Source: Tubulanus polymorphus
Lineage: Eukaryota > Animalia > Nemertea
Direction of reading: 5' to 3'
DNA: 64,000 nucleotides
Assembly (NCBI RefSeq): GCF_964204645.1
Contig: NC_134031.1
Location: 16,727,807-16,791,806, forward strand
Made by a program: the position numbers and the translations under genes. This document shows, piece by piece, positions 63,929 to 64,000 of the stretch (position 1 is the stretch's first letter; each line of letters opens with the position of its first letter). Below the pieces are notes generated by a model. The model saw only the letters and a list, made by a program, of their open reading frames with translations. It was not told where the DNA came from and did not search any database.

Positions 63929-64000
63929 GTAAGAGTTTCTGGAGCAGACGCACGGCAGATTTGGACAGGAGCGCTAAGAAATGCGAGAGGCATATCGTTA

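Overview
Gene-dense, intron-containing animal DNA with short AT-rich introns, probably from a marine invertebrate; the species cannot be determined from the sequence. Nine conserved spliced genes are present: DISP3/PTCHD2 (+, 5' partial), a CARD initiator caspase (-), RCC2 (+), a RING-Bbox-Bbox-coiled-coil-COS-FN3-FN3 TRIM (+), NEURL4 (-), PHB2 (-), TRAPPC13 (+), SF3B4 (+) and SEC16 (+, 3' partial). The most notable feature is in the 3.9-kb third coding intron of the TRIM gene: an antisense-nested tandem cluster of two 2-exon genes plus a decayed third copy. They encode secreted Arg/Thr/Tyr-rich cationic repeat peptides with no Lys or Cys in the mature region, and I do not recognise the family. 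Introns also carry several MITE families (piggyBac-like with TTAA, Mutator-like with 9-bp TSD, Harbinger-like), palindromes with hammerhead-like cores, and recent tandem duplications. Gene models were assembled by eye from GT-AG sites and protein similarity recalled from memory; no searches were run.
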